Positions 30,198 to 45,136 of a stretch of DNA of 64,000 bases are shown piece after piece; positions within the stretch are counted from its first letter, which is position 1, and every line of letters begins with the position of its first letter. Source of the DNA: the human T2T-CHM13v2.0 reference genome, Homo sapiens. The translations under genes were made by a program, and so were the position numbers. The notes under the pieces are model-generated. The model had not been told where the DNA came from and made no database searches. It saw only the letters and a program-made list of their open reading frames with translations. Where the stretch lies: NCBI RefSeq assembly GCF_009914755.1, contig NC_060936.1; one strand, given 5' to 3'.

Positions 30198-31164
30198 AAT
30201 GAGACATGTAAAAAAATTTGGTTGAACTGTGTGAGAACAGATTATTCTCTCTTTAGAAATATTAAGGCCGGGCTTTGAAAGACAAATAAGACTTCAACAG
30301 CATATAAACAGAAGCACAGAAAATAATACTAGCAAAGCCATAGGTCAGTTTCATTACAGTTAAATACTTTATTGCAGCAAGTACCGATATTGAGTGGTTA
30401 CCTTGTAAAACTATTAATATATTGGAAAGGCTAGTTGGATTTTTTGTCCCAATCAACTCACTCCTATACCATGCAGTCGACATTCTATAAAGCAGATCCC
30501 TGAGTTCCTCTCCTCACACCAAAGTTTAAAGAGAGAACCATCCTAACTGGTTCATATCATGATATTCTCCTCAACTTGCTTAAGTTTCTCTTGGTCAACC
30601 AACCAGTGTCATCCAGGACCCATTTATAATCTCATTATGGCTCACAGAACTCACATTCCATGGATGTCCTATCACGTGAATTTCACACATCTGCCAAACA
30701 AAGGTTTTACAAGCTTGACTTCCTTCATAAACCACTTCATGAAATATACATCTACTCTTCTCCTTCCCCTCATTGCTTCTTATTCCCTCTCTCTCTGTGC
30801 TTCAAGTGTATTTGCTATTTTCTTTGGTTTTTTCTGTTTTTGGTCCTTCATGACAAAAGACTTTTGTAAAAACTGGGAGCTAACTTTTGCTTTTTACTGT
30901 ATCTTGAGAGCATAATAAAATAATAAGTATTTATAGGTATAAAATATACACTTATATTTGCTGTAGGAGTTATCATGGCAACAAATGAATGAATATCACT
31001 TCCATATAAGTCTCAACCCAATGACTTAGAAATCAAGTTCAATCAAAAACCATTTTTGAAAAGGCCTTAATTATATTCTGCAAGTATTGAATAACAATAC
31101 AATTTTATTTAGGCAAGTAGTTCTTTTAAACTTCTGAAGGCCTAAAAATCCTTTAGAACCATAA

Positions 31165-32843
31165 AAATACAAAAGAGCTAAGGGAATCTTGAGGAAGAAC
31201 AAAGCTAGAGGCATCAGACTTTTCGATTTCAAATTATATTACAAAGTTGTAACAATCAAAATAGTTTTGGTTCTGGAATGAAAACAAATACACAGTCCAT
31301 TGGAAAGGAAATAGAGCCCAGAAATAAACCCACACATATATGGTAAACTAATCTTTAATAAACGTGCCAAAAATACACAATAGGGAAAGATAGTCTCACC
31401 TATAAATGGTGTTGGAAAAATTATCCACATGCAAAAGAATGAAATAGGAACTTCATCTTATACCATACACACAAATCAACTCTATGTAATCAAAATAGAT
31501 TAAAGACTTAAAACATAAGACCTGAATCTGTACAACTCCTGGAAGAAAACAAAGGGGGAAGCTCTTTTAAATTGGTCTTGGCAATGGTTTTCTTTGGATA
31601 TGATACCGAAAGCTCAGGCAACAAAAGCAAAAATAAAGAAGTGGTACTACATCAGATTTAAAAGTTTCTGTGCAGAAAAGCAAGCAATCAACAAAACTAA
31701 AAGGCAGACTATGCAATGGGAGAAAATATTTGCAAACCCTATAACTGGCAAGAGGTTAATATCTAAAATATATAAGAAACTCCTACAGCTCAATAGCAAA
31801 AACAAACAAAAAAGATCAAACAACAATGGCAACAACAAAATCATCCAGTTAATAAAAGAGCAAAGGACCTGAATAGATATTTTTTCTGGACAAGATATAA
31901 GAATAGCCAAAAACTGTAATAAAAGGTGCTCAATACCATTAAATATCAGGGAAATGCAAATCAAAATTGAAATGATATATCACCTCATATCTGTTAGAAT
32001 AACTATTTTCAAAAAGTCAAAAGATAACAAGTGTTGGCAAGAATATGGATAAAAGGGAACCTGTGTACACTGTTGGTGGGAATGTAAATTGGTGCAGCTG
32101 CTATGGAAAACAGTATGGAAGTTCCTCAAAAAAATAAAAATAGAACCACCATATGGTCCAGCAATCCCACTTTTTGGTAAATATCCAAAGGAAAAGAATA
32201 ACTATCTCACAGAAATATCTGTACTCCCATGTCCATTGAAGCATTATTCACAATAGCTAAGATATGAAAATAACCTAAGTATCCATCAATGGATGAATAT
32301 ATACATAATATGTGACACACGCACACAAATATTCTTCAACCTTTTTTAAAAAAGAAAATCCTGCTATTTAGTCAACATGGATGAACCTGGAGGACAATAT
32401 GATAGTGAAATAATCCAGACAGAGAAAAATGAATACTGTATGATATCATTTATATGTGGAATATAAACAAGTTGTACTCCTAAAACAAGAATAGAATGGT
32501 GGTTACCAGGGTCTGGGAGGTGGGAGAAATGGGGAGATGTTGGTCAGAGGACACAAACTTTCAGTTTACAGATGAGTAAGTTCTAGAGCTCCAATGTACA
32601 GCATGGTGACTATGTTAATAATAACATGTTGTACACTTAAAATATGGTAAGAAAGTAAATGTTAACATTAGCGCACACACACACAAATGTTATCACATAA
32701 AGGTAACTATGTGAAGTGATAATGGTGTTAATTAGCTTGATTGGGGTAATGATTTTACAATATACATGTGTATCAAATCATCACTTCATATACCTTAAAT
32801 ATATATGATTTTTGTCAGCCAGATCTCAATAAATCTAAAACAA
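31165..32843 (+). mobile_element. L1MA8-10-like 3' ORF2 plus 3'UTR
   Basis: ORF 31594-31872 (PKAQATKAKIKKW..IRFKSFC), 3'UTR motifs, ends at AATAAA. Confidence 0.9.
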
Positions 32844-34379
32844 ATTTCCAGAGGGTATCCTGCCCAACTACTACCCCCACTTCACGTTATTAAATGTTGA
32901 AGTAAAAGGTTTGCTCCTTATACAAAATATTGCCAGTGTTAGAGCCTGATGAAGAATATAACTAGGACTCTTCCATCAGATCCTTGGGGAAATCCTGTCT
33001 ATAAGGATTATAAAAATCCTGCTTCTAATACTTAGAAGAAGTATTATTTAGAGTTTTTAAGCTATGACACATGCTGTCTTCTATGTAAATTTTGTAGTTG
33101 GATCAAGCCATGGCATCAGAGAACTCTGAAGTCAGGTCAGAATGATTGGACTATTGATGAAATCGTCCTAATTCACTTGTATTTTAATGTAATAGTATTC
33201 GCCTTATATACTGAGTCATAAGAAATGTCATGTATAAGTCACTGTTGTATTTCATTTTGTGAACATTATCAAATCATTTTTATTATATTACACAGACCAT
33301 CTTTATGAGGCTTTCTCAATGAGAACCTCAAGTGTGATGACTGTTCACCCATTTTGTAACTCAATACTGTGAATAACTTTTACTACTCATAAAAATGAAC
33401 AAGTTCCTCATCAATGCTAAATAATGAAACTCAATCAAGATGAAATAGATAATCAGAATAGTCTTATAGTTATTAAAGAGATTTAATTTATAATTAGAAA
33501 GGACAAAAGGAAGTAACACTGAGGCTCAGATGGTTTCACTGGAGGATTTTAACAACAATTGATGTTTTTATCATATTTGATCAATTTGAATGCCACAGTT
33601 TTTTCCCACACTAATATCCTGTTTATAAACTATCATCTTGATTCTTTTTGTATTTGTACAAATCTTTCATACAACTTTCAGCTTTCATACAATTTTCATC
33701 TTTGCATGAGAGATAAAGCAACATATCTGTGTCTGGGATACTGTGGTGAAAATTTTCATACAAGTATCAAAAAATTGTTTACTTTCTATTTCTCTGCAAA
33801 ATGTCCTTTCTAGATTTCTGAATGTTTTCAGGAGAAAACAAAATATTATGAAATGAAATTTAATCGATATTCATTTTTTAGTGGGTCTAAAACTTTCCTC
33901 ACTAGTTTGTTTCCCAAAAAAATGGTACTAGAGCTTTGAGGAGTGAACTGCGGCATATCTGAGAAAGTCTCTCCATTGAACTAAACAACTGTCCAATAGG
34001 TAGAGCAGCTAGGCACTAAACTTTCACTTCAAATCTTTACATGGGTTTAAGAACTTAAATGGCTACAAAGGGCAAAAAAAAGGTAAGTTAATGAAACATG
34101 TTTAGAGGCATTCTCATGTCACGAATGAAATGAATAAATGCATTTTTAAAATATGACATAAGAATAGAAATATGGCAATACTTTCTGCCTCATTTTTTCT
34201 TAGTCTTTCCATTTATCTTTCACTTTTGCACTCATGAACCATGAGTGCGTAGAACTACATGTTTATTTACTATACAAACCCAAGGACAATTCTTAACTGA
34301 TAGTTTGCCTCAGTGCTGGGAAAAGAAAGTTAGGTGAGACAGAAATGTGATGCAGAAAGACTCAGCTCCAGCTTATTGC

Positions 34380-34545
34380 AGTCTTGATGAAATGTGGACC
34401 CAATTATTGCCAAATGTTACTATTATTCAGGAGGGACCAGAACGACACACATTTTAAATGAAATACACAGTATAAAAATTTGTGCCATCCAAAGCAAACC
34501 TTTCTATGTCTGGGATACAGTGGTGAGCCCACCTGTGACCTCTAT
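34380..34545. mobile_element. Possible MER103-like hAT relic
   Basis: ATTGCCAAATG...ATTTTAAATGAAAT...CCAAAGCAAAC...CCACCTGTGACCTCT. Weak similarity only. Confidence 0.35.
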
Positions 34546-36685
34546 GTAAGATGTTCATCTATTGTCCTCTGGAATTTAATGTTGTGGAGGAAAAGTCTAA
34601 CACATCCTAATTTTCCTTTATATCATTTGTTATTAGTACTTTTCCCCTGCCAAGATATTTGTATAGTTTAAAAGATACTATGAAAATTCTAAATGTTTGG
34701 ATGTCTAGGTTTGAATTCCTTTATTCTTTTTCCATATACACTATGGACATGTTTTACTTATAAATTTGACTTCAACTCTAGAACAGTTTTTCACTGTACT
34801 ATTGATTTTTAATTGTTTGTTCTTTCTTAATTTTCCAGTTTATAGGTTGTTTCTCCAGACGCTATCCTCTATGATATAGCTGTTATCTCTCTCCATATTT
34901 TTGTCTTTGTTCAATTCCTCTGCACATTTGGAGAGATTCCCAGTGTTCTCATAAACAACATAGCTCTTCCTTAGCCATCCTTTTTTATACTCTTGCCTTG
35001 ATAGAAATAAAATTGGAGTATTTCCTGGGCTAGGTAACTAAGGCAGGTAAGACTACAGCTATGTTATATATGCACACATACAAACATAGCTATCATATAT
35101 ATTCTACATATAGTTAGATAGAAAAATATAGCATACTAAAGAAATATAAGACAAAAACAGACTCTGAAAGTTGCACTGTCTGTTTCACTTTCCCTATCCC
35201 TAAATGCACAAAACGATTTTAAGATCTTTTTAGGATTTGAGAGAAAATGATAGTCTAATGTATCTATCACAATCAGAAAGAATGCAGACCTTTTTAAAAA
35301 TTTTACAACTACAGTAGAGCACTTAAATGGAGCAATGGGTTATCTTCTCATGTGGTAGAAGAGAATGAAGAAGGGAAAAAGAGATAGCCAGGCCTCCATC
35401 TCTGTGCAGAGCCATCTGTCTATTGCTAGTCCAAAGACAACAAAGAAAAAGGTGGAAGAGAAGAGCCAAACTACAGTGACTCATCCACTAAAAAGAGAGC
35501 CCCATTAATGATCTCAAATTTCCCACAGCAATTCCTTTTTCATCACTGAGGATGAAGAGAAAGATAGGGACTTTTAAAAAAAGATAGTTTAGATTCCTAT
35601 TCAGAGGAGATACACTGGTTCTAATGCAGTTTTTATTGTTTCTTTGCACTCTAATTCCTAGTAAGCCTGTCTCTTATCTCATTCACCTCTTCTCAAAAAA
35701 TATTTTGGATGCCTATCAGGGATTTCTAAATTCATCTAAATCTGGTTTCTTATTATCTCATCTTATATGTCATTTTATTGAATCTGCATTTTGTTAAATT
35801 TTGATGTCAATAATCTTTCAAAAATATTCTCCTATCTCCTAGGAATAAACCGTTTTGACAATATCTTCTTCCTCTGTTTCTTTGGGTTATGTGTTCCTTT
35901 CTTTATTGCATTTGAGCATGTATATGTTTGCATGTATTTGCTAGTCTTTGCATTTTGAAACTTACTCAAGCCACAGTACTGGATTCTCAAGTAGTGTAAG
36001 TGTGATTTTCTTGGATTTGCATAATTTAATATTTATTAATATATTAAATATTCATTGAGAGCCTATTTTCATACCATGAGAAATCATTCCATTTGATTGC
36101 TGGTATAATTATCCTCTCAGGTAACAAATTTATTGCTCCCAATATGGCTCTTAACTTTGGGTAGTAATAAGCAAAACTTGCCAAACTGTGTTTTCCTTTT
36201 GTTATTTTTTTTCTAATTCCTGCACAAACCAACTTCAGATATATCCTTTGTGATCATTTCTAAATCTGATATTTGCCACAACAGAGAAGGCACCACAACA
36301 TGTATCTGAAATTTCATGCAGGAAAAGTATGCCCTTCCCTAACATTAACACCAATAAATATTTTACTATTTTGTAATAACTATTTTAAAAATTTCAGACA
36401 GATTCATTCAGGCACCATTATTACATCCCTAACTCAACTCCTAATGGCTTGGTTATTGTGTCTCTTGCTTTAGTACACAGCTGGACTTGAATGCCACTAC
36501 ATCACAAAACAAGAGTTTCCAAAGAACCCCACTCCAAGGATGCTCCAACATTCCTTCATGCCTATAGCACTCAACCTTTGGTAGACTCACCCAGTTTGAT
36601 GTTGTATCATTTTTTGGATACAAAGTTTCTATAATATTGGTCCAGGAATAAAATACATTTTCTTCAAAGTTAGAGGGTTTTTTAT

Positions 36686-36692
36686 GTGTATA

Positions 36693-36749
<57 letters not shown>

Positions 36750-36810
36750 GCTCACAAACACATATAAATATATGTGTACATAAATATATATGTACATATA
36801 TACACACACA

Positions 36811-36891
<81 letters not shown>
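36686..36891. repeat. Compound (TA)n-(CA)n-...-(CA)n-(TA)23 microsatellite at an L1 tail
   Basis: About 205 bp of mostly alternating purine-pyrimidine sequence. Pure (TA)23 at 36845-36890. Confidence 0.95.
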
Positions 36892-36894
<3 letters not shown>

Positions 36895-37705
36895 AGGGGT
36901 ACAAGGGCAATTTTGCTACACAGATATTTTGCCTAGTAGTGAAGTCCTGGCTTTTAGTGTATCCATCACCCAAATAATGTATATTGTACCCATTAAGTAA
37001 TGTCTTATCATCCACTCCCCTCCCACTACCCCACTCTTCTAGTCTCAAATATCTATCAGTCCACACTTTATGTCTACGTGTAGATATTATTTAGCCCCTG
37101 CTAATAAGTAAGAATATGTGGTATTTGTTTCAGAGTTGTTTCAGTTAAGATAATGGCTTCTAATTCCATCCATGTTGTTGCAAAGGACATGAATTATTTT
37201 TTATGACTGAATAGCATTCCACTTTGTATATATACATTTTCCTTACCCAATCATCCATTGATGGACTTTTAGGTTGATTCCACATCTTAGCTATTATAAG
37301 CATAGAAGTGGCTTGATAAGCATACAAGTGGAGGTATCTTTTTGGTATAATATTTTCCTTTGGGTAGATACCCAGTAACGGGAATGATGCACTGAAGGAT
37401 AGTTATATTTTTAGTTACTCAAGAAATCTCCATACAGGTTTCCATAGAGGCTATACTAATTTACATTCCCACCAACAGTTTATAAGCATTCCCTTTTTTC
37501 CTTATTCTCACCAATGTCTGTTATTTTTCTCTTTTAAATAATAGCTATCTCACTGGTGTAAGATGATATTGCCTTTTGATTTAATTTGCAATTTCTCTGA
37601 TGATTAATGATGTTGAACATTGTTTCAGATGTTTCTTGGTGATTTTTATGCCTTCTTCTGAAAAATACCTATTCATGGTTTTTTGCTCACTTTTAATGGA
37701 ATGTT
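36891..37705 (-). mobile_element. L1MA3/4-like 3' fragment
   Basis: TTTAAGGGGTACAAG...GTATCCATCACCCAAATAATGTATATTGTACCC and GGGTAGATACCCAGTA. Confidence 0.88.
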
Positions 37706-40613
37706 TTAAATGTGATATAAATTTATAATTTATTCTTAATATTTCTTATTGACATTTGTGTCTAAATGCAGGAGATTTAGCATTTGCCATTAGAATTGTT
37801 TCTAAAGGTGGGAAAAGAGTGGCATCTTTTCCTTTTCTAGTATGAAAATATTGTGACACATCTACAGGTATCATGTAGATTTTCCTAGCAAATGAAATTT
37901 GCTGGCTTGTTAAACTTTTGGAGGGGTTTGAGAAGGGTACATAATCACCCATCCATCTTCTTTTCCAGATCCTGAACCAATTGAATAGACAGAGGGTACC
38001 AGTAGAAAATTTTAGCATTATCTGTCTTATCATTGGTATAATTGGATGCTGACACGTGGCATTGACTTAAGGCCGAAATGCATTTTTCTATTGTTACCTT
38101 CTCACTGATTAAAATTTATTCACCTAGGCACAGAAAGGGCATAACTTCAGGGCTTTCCTCAGGTGAATGGGGATTGTAGAAGCTCTATGCCTAGGATATG
38201 GAAGTACCACTGGGGAGAATCTATAGCCATTATTAGAAAACAGAAGGCAACTTCCATGGTAAGCAGGAGGACAGACCACATTAGTGTCAAGTCAATGACT
38301 GTTGGGGCCTCAGCAGTATATTATGCCTCATCCTATCTGGAAGTGTCCTCTCAAGAGAGGTTGGAAACCTGAGTAGAAGAATCATAAACATTTTCTCCAA
38401 AATATACTTTGTCAAATTGTCTTTTGATATATTTATGATTATGTCCTCATTTTAAGGTAGCAGGAAACCCTCAGAGTAGACCATTCTGCCAGTGGAAAAG
38501 AAACAGTGAAGAGCTCCTGGCCACACGTATATAGAATTATGCTCTGTGACATCCCTCACTTTTTGTCACTGTTCCCATAGTTTTCATCATACTTCCTCTA
38601 TCTCAGAAATTGTCTCTTTCAAAAAACAGTACAAGCTTCCTGTTGAAACAAACATGTACTATGGTGCAACTCACATTGGAAGAGGGGATCTTTATTGTGA
38701 TGATTTAGTACCCTTTATAATTTGTGTATTTGAATGTAGGCTTGCTTTTCAATGTTTTTGTCCTATTGCAAAGGACTAGAAGGAGTGATTTAGTTTATTT
38801 ACCTGGCAACTTCATTTATAATGTCATTATGTAAGTATTAAATCATTGATGAGTAAATAAGGTTGAGTTGATTTGACTAGGGAAAAAGACAAAATTATTT
38901 AAATATAAAGGCATTGATAGCATGTGCCATTATCTTAGTACATATACTTTGGCTTTATACATTTTTCAAATTTCAGGAAAATACTTCAAATACATAAACA
39001 TTTTCTATCTTGGTAGTTGTTTATTTTCCCACTTCAAGTGACAGTCTACTTCATCTTAAACAAGGAGATTTGCCCCCTACCAACTGATTACCCCAATGGA
39101 ACTGAATTCGATGACCAAAAACATAATGGAAAAAAAAGTTGTGAAGAAAAATAAATTCATACTTATCTTCCTTTCACAAAGGACAATTGTACCTAAGGAA
39201 TTAATAAGTTTTAATGAAATAAATATGTTTTTCTATGTTTTTGTGAATTATGATGCTGATATATGCATGCACTTTTATAACATAAACAGAAACTGCACTC
39301 ATGTCACTGAATGCTGACAGGAAAAGAAATGCTATTTAATCTTTGTCACAACTGACAAATGTTTACTTTTAAAATTTTAACAAATACTAGTGGATACATT
39401 CATGTGTACTTGACATCCTTTCATTTCACTCAATAGAACTTGCCTTTTTAATCTTATCTCCTTTCCTCTACACTCTATTACTCTAGAAATGGGTTATGTT
39501 TCACCCCGGGAATAGTTTCATGATAAAATACTGGACTATAAAGGCAAAGTGGCCCTATATTAAATAGATTATGTGGTCTACCCAAAATGTTCTGTGCCTG
39601 GTTGTCCCTTAAATATCTACAGACAAAAAGACATCAAGCAAATCCCATTTTAATAGCATTCAAATGTTATTCTATCGGTATTATGTAAACAGTGAACTGA
39701 AACCACCAAAGCAATGTAGCACGGTAGGATAGTTCAAAGGTTAGCCTTAAATGTATCTTGTTGTTACGAAATAATGTCTCACTTTAGCATTAAGTTTACA
39801 TTAAAATTTACTTAGATTCTTATAATGACACATTTTGCTTTTTAAACCTGAGGTTTCATTTCACAGAACTTAGCGTTAGCATTTTCTTATTCACTTTTTA
39901 TTTATTCATAATTATATGCCCAGAAAGGATTATAATACGTGAACATCAAATGCTGAAATATCTCACGCCCAGTGATGCCACTGACTGCTCCAAGATGCCT
40001 ACTCCAAACTAGAAACAGCATTCTATCTCTTGACTTCTGAATTATCTAATGCATTTTATTGAAAATATATCCCATATCTTTACCATAATTTTAGATAGTT
40101 ATAGTGTCACCGGTTAGTCACTTCTGTAGTATGTCTCTAGTGTGCAGTTTCCTTTCATAAATACAAAGATCAGTAAGTTCTGTGCATGCTATGACCCAGG
40201 AATGGAACTTAACTACTATGTCAGTGTAAAAACATGTCAGGAATATCAAAGACTGTGGGAAACACTTAGATCATATACTTCCTGAGATAATTTGAATGCC
40301 AACACTGAAAATCAATCCCTGAATCTAAAAATTTAAAGAATAAAATAATATATTAATAATTTTGGACAAATAACTCCTTAAATGGAAATTAGGTGCTTTG
40401 CCAGAACCAGAATTGAGGCCAAAGCTTGGACTCAATTATGAACCTTTGGTCTTTGGGTCTACCATCCTTTACTTTTTCCCTAGGAACTCTAGTATGACCT
40501 GCAAAATACTTGTGCAACAATAACTTTAATATTTAAAAAATATTTGCAAAATATTTTGCCAGCCCACATATTTAAGGCTGCTACTACTAGGTAAAGGCTC
40601 CTTTGCGGAATTA

Positions 40614-41404
<791 letters not shown>

Positions 41405-43789
41405 TGCGAATAAGGTCACCACCACCCCACCGCCCCCACCGCCATGGGAAGGTGAATTACTAAAAAAGCATGGCTTTCCTCAGGAATAATGCAATCATAC
41501 TCAAAGAACTTGTTTAGAGGAAATTTTGGCTTAACCCTGTGCAGGGCAAAATTTATATGTTCATGGTTGACCTGAATCTATATATCTTAAGTTCACTTTC
41601 TTCACAAAGCAGTGAGAATAAAAGTTTACTGAACCACAGAAGTGCTGTATTAGCTGAGTGTTCTCATCACTGTATTTGTCACTTGCTTACCACATGTTTT
41701 CTTTAAACCTTAATCCAGTTATCTTTTCTTCCTTGTGCATTTGGACTAATGTTCAGTGCCATGAGACAGCATATTATGAAAATTAGTATTTACAACCATT
41801 TTTATGAGTTTGCTACCAATATGTATTTTTCTAAATTGTCACTGAAAATTTTGCATAATCTCAATGATCATGCAAAGGCAAAATGAAATGTTGGTAAAAT
41901 TTTTCAACAGTTCAATTATTTCTCTATTGTCAATCCAAGATACAAGTATATTTCCTTTTAAACGTGCCAAACTGATAGAAGCCAATGAATGGAATTCAGC
42001 AGTTAAATTTTCTTGTAAAAATATTTTGATATTTCTTCTTAATTTTTCTCTACAGGAGATTTTTATGTCTTGCCAGGATCTGTCTTTTTGCCTAAATTGA
42101 GCAGTAGACATTACTGGGATTCTCAAGCTTTTAAAAAAATTATGAATACATCAAGATTCATTTAAACTTTTGTTATCAGGTAATTTAAACACATACCACA
42201 CTTTTAAAGCTTTAAAGTAGATCAAATACCACAACTATCTCATCAGGGTGTAATAACCAAATGACATACAAATGTTAAGCACTTAGAAGTGTATTTGGCA
42301 TTAAGTAATAAGCACTCATTAAATAGTAGTTACTATTAACATCCTTTTATTCACAAAAAAATCTAAAACTCATAAAATTTGAGAAGATTTTTGTTGATGT
42401 AATAAGAAGCCAGTTTACAATAAAGTTTAACATCTATATGAAGTCATCTAGGTCTTGCACCTTTTACAATTTGGTCTTAGGAATTTGCACGAATGGTAAA
42501 GCTAAAGAATAAATTTCTTACTTATAGATTCAGTTTAGAATAAGCAATATATACATGCTGAATATTTAGAGGAAACAGTAATAGAAGGAAAAATAAAAGT
42601 AAGTGATGATACATGGGCATCTGGAAGAAGAAAAATATTATGTTGCTATTAATAGATTCCTTTTAAAAGTATCAGGTTTGTGTGCTGCCTTTTCAAAACC
42701 CACACACTTTGAGTGTTAAGAGGAGGAGTTGTTAGTACTGAAGTAATTATAACAAGGGTGTAAGTTTCTGTAGGTGGAAGACAACTTATTCTAAGGAGAG
42801 ACTTATTTTAGACTTAAATAATATTCTATTGAATTTAGGGATTTAGGCAAGGCTGAAGTTCTCTCTGCAATGTATTCTGCAATGTAAGAATAAAAATGTG
42901 CTTCATATTTGCACAGAGGCAAATTTTCTCTGTTAAACACGAATGTTAAGTGAAGCATATCAAGAGGCTAAACTTGCCCTGTGAACTGTGTAATAGTCAG
43001 GCCTTGCACCCCTTACAAAAGATGAAATTTCATCATTTGCCTTTGGGCATTTACTTGCCTAATATCTTTATTATCATAAAATTGGCATACTTACAGCCTT
43101 TAATTTAAAACTCTGAGCTATAAAAATAACTTTTACAGAGAATCATCTTTAAAAAAAAAGGATTGTTAAGACCTACAACCCAATAATTTATTCTCAAGTT
43201 TAATTCTGGAGAATAAGAACTTTAGTGCCATGATTTGAAAATTTCCTATCAGTTTCTCTTCAGAACTAAAGAGATCTATACCCATAGCTGGTATCTAGAT
43301 TTTGTATTAGGGCCCCATTTTTAAAATATTTTCAAACTCTTTTATTTTTTTAATAATATTACCCATTGAAATTTATCCTATGCCAGGATTATTGAGGAAT
43401 TAGGTTTTTCAAATGTGCATAAGTGCACTGTTGAAATATGGATTGACCTTGAGTTGTTAGAAAAAAAGTCGTTCAGAGGTGTTTGCTAGGTAACTCCAAT
43501 TGCAAAAGAAACTGGTTATATAATTGTATAAAAGTATTAATCTTTTCTCATTCCAATTTGAATTTAGCCCACTACCATGTAAGGTACAAGGAGCCCTAGA
43601 ACAGGGTCTGAAACATAAGAATTCAATAAATATGAATATAATTAATGAATAAAAGTAGATGCCCTAGCTGAGACTCTTTATTCAAAAGCAGGACCTCCGA
43701 CTGTTAATGTGGTTTAATTAAAATGCTCAGGCACAATGTTGGTATTCTTTCCTCCATTCATAGCCACCCTCCCACTCCACTATCATGTT

Positions 43790-44025
43790 AATAAATGAAA
43801 ACACTGATATATTACCATACACTAAGAATTTTACATACATTAACTCATTGAATCTTCTTAATAATGTTATGAGGTAGATGTTCTATTTACCCCAGTTGAG
43901 TTAGATGAAGGACGTGAAGCACCAGCAAGTTAACTGAGCTACCCTAAGTTACAGGGGCTCATAAGCAGTTAGGATCAGAACACAGAACAGAGTAGCTTCA
44001 TGGCTGTGCACAATACCCTGCACCG
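43790..44025 (-). mobile_element. MIR
   Basis: TTTACATACATTAACTCATTGAATCTTC...TATGAGGTAG...AGATGAAGGAC. Confidence 0.65.
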
Positions 44026-45136
44026 TCCCACCCTGACTCCTAGCCATGTTTGATGACAAAATGTCAAATCTTGCTCTTTGTGCATAATTTGCCTGAAGAT
44101 ACAGAGAAATTATCCTGCCTCCACCCCATACTCTTCACCCGGTCACATTTGCCAGCTCATGGGCCTAGAAAAGCAATCTTCAGCTCTTTCCGAGTAAAGC
44201 AGGCTAATAGAGCAAGCCTGCAGCCTGAAAAAATTTGATTTCACTCTTAATAACATACTTAATTACATTACAAATCTAACATTTTATTTGACTCTCCCAA
44301 ATTGAAGTTCAGAGTCAATTAGTTAAGTAATATGTAAAAACAAACAAACAAAAAAAAAAAAAAACAGGACTTGAGAACTTAGGGGATGTGATTCCGAAGT
44401 GCCCGAGTGGCAATGTTTCCTGTGTGTCTGAGGCTCAAAAATTTCACATCGAGAGAGGTGCTGGATTTCAAGTGTTGAGTGACTATACTTGAATCACAAG
44501 GCAATTCATTCCCAGATCCCAGGTCATCACATATCTCCAGAGAAATATAGGAGATGAAACCATGGGACGGATTTACACACTCAAGGGGGCTCATTTGAGA
44601 ACTATCCCAAATGAGGATGGGGGAGTATCCAGGAATGATTCCGCATGATATGCGTGCTTTGGCACTATGATTTCCTTACCCAATTCCAAATCTTGCACAT
44701 CAAAACAACAGAAAGACTCATAAATGCAGAAAAGCTCATTAGCTGAATAGTGGTGGCAGAAATGAGGACATATTTGGCTGGAAAGTGTTTAAATCCTTGT
44801 GATCTCAGAGCTCATAATGTGTACAAACCCAAAGACATCATTAACCATGTACAGAGTTGTGCTTCTGTAGTCCCTTTAACATTGAACATGAGAGAACAAG
44901 ACTCCCTGGAAATAAACAAAATCCACCCCTATGCCCCACACCTAACGTCAGGACAACCAAAAGGCATGAATGAATGTAGAAAGCAAAAGTATCCCAGAGC
45001 TTAACTTCTTGGACCGTGAATTATTCTCTAGTGTGTAAGGAAATTATATTCCTGGAGGCAGCCTCTGAGGCAGTTTTAACCTAGAAACTTTTCCAGAATC
45101 TGCCATAAGCCCCTGCTTTAAGCCAGGGGCTCTATC

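Noticed and set aside
34228-34248. Perfect 9-bp hairpin GCACTCATG-AAC-CATGAGTGC (similar 8-bp stem at ~45107-45130)
   Set aside because: Stems this short are expected by chance in 64 kb and are too short for a pre-miRNA or MITE.
36453-37066. ORFs rich in YI/CV/TH repeats
   Set aside because: Translation of a dinucleotide microsatellite.
38128-38258. AG/GT-bounded candidate exon
   Set aside because: Weak polypyrimidine tract, competing donors and no recognisable peptide.
41417-41456. Kozak-perfect ACCGCCATGG in a C-rich patch
   Set aside because: The frame is ATG-GGA-AGG-TGA (3 codons). No promoter or CpG island nearby, and it sits beside an Alu tail.
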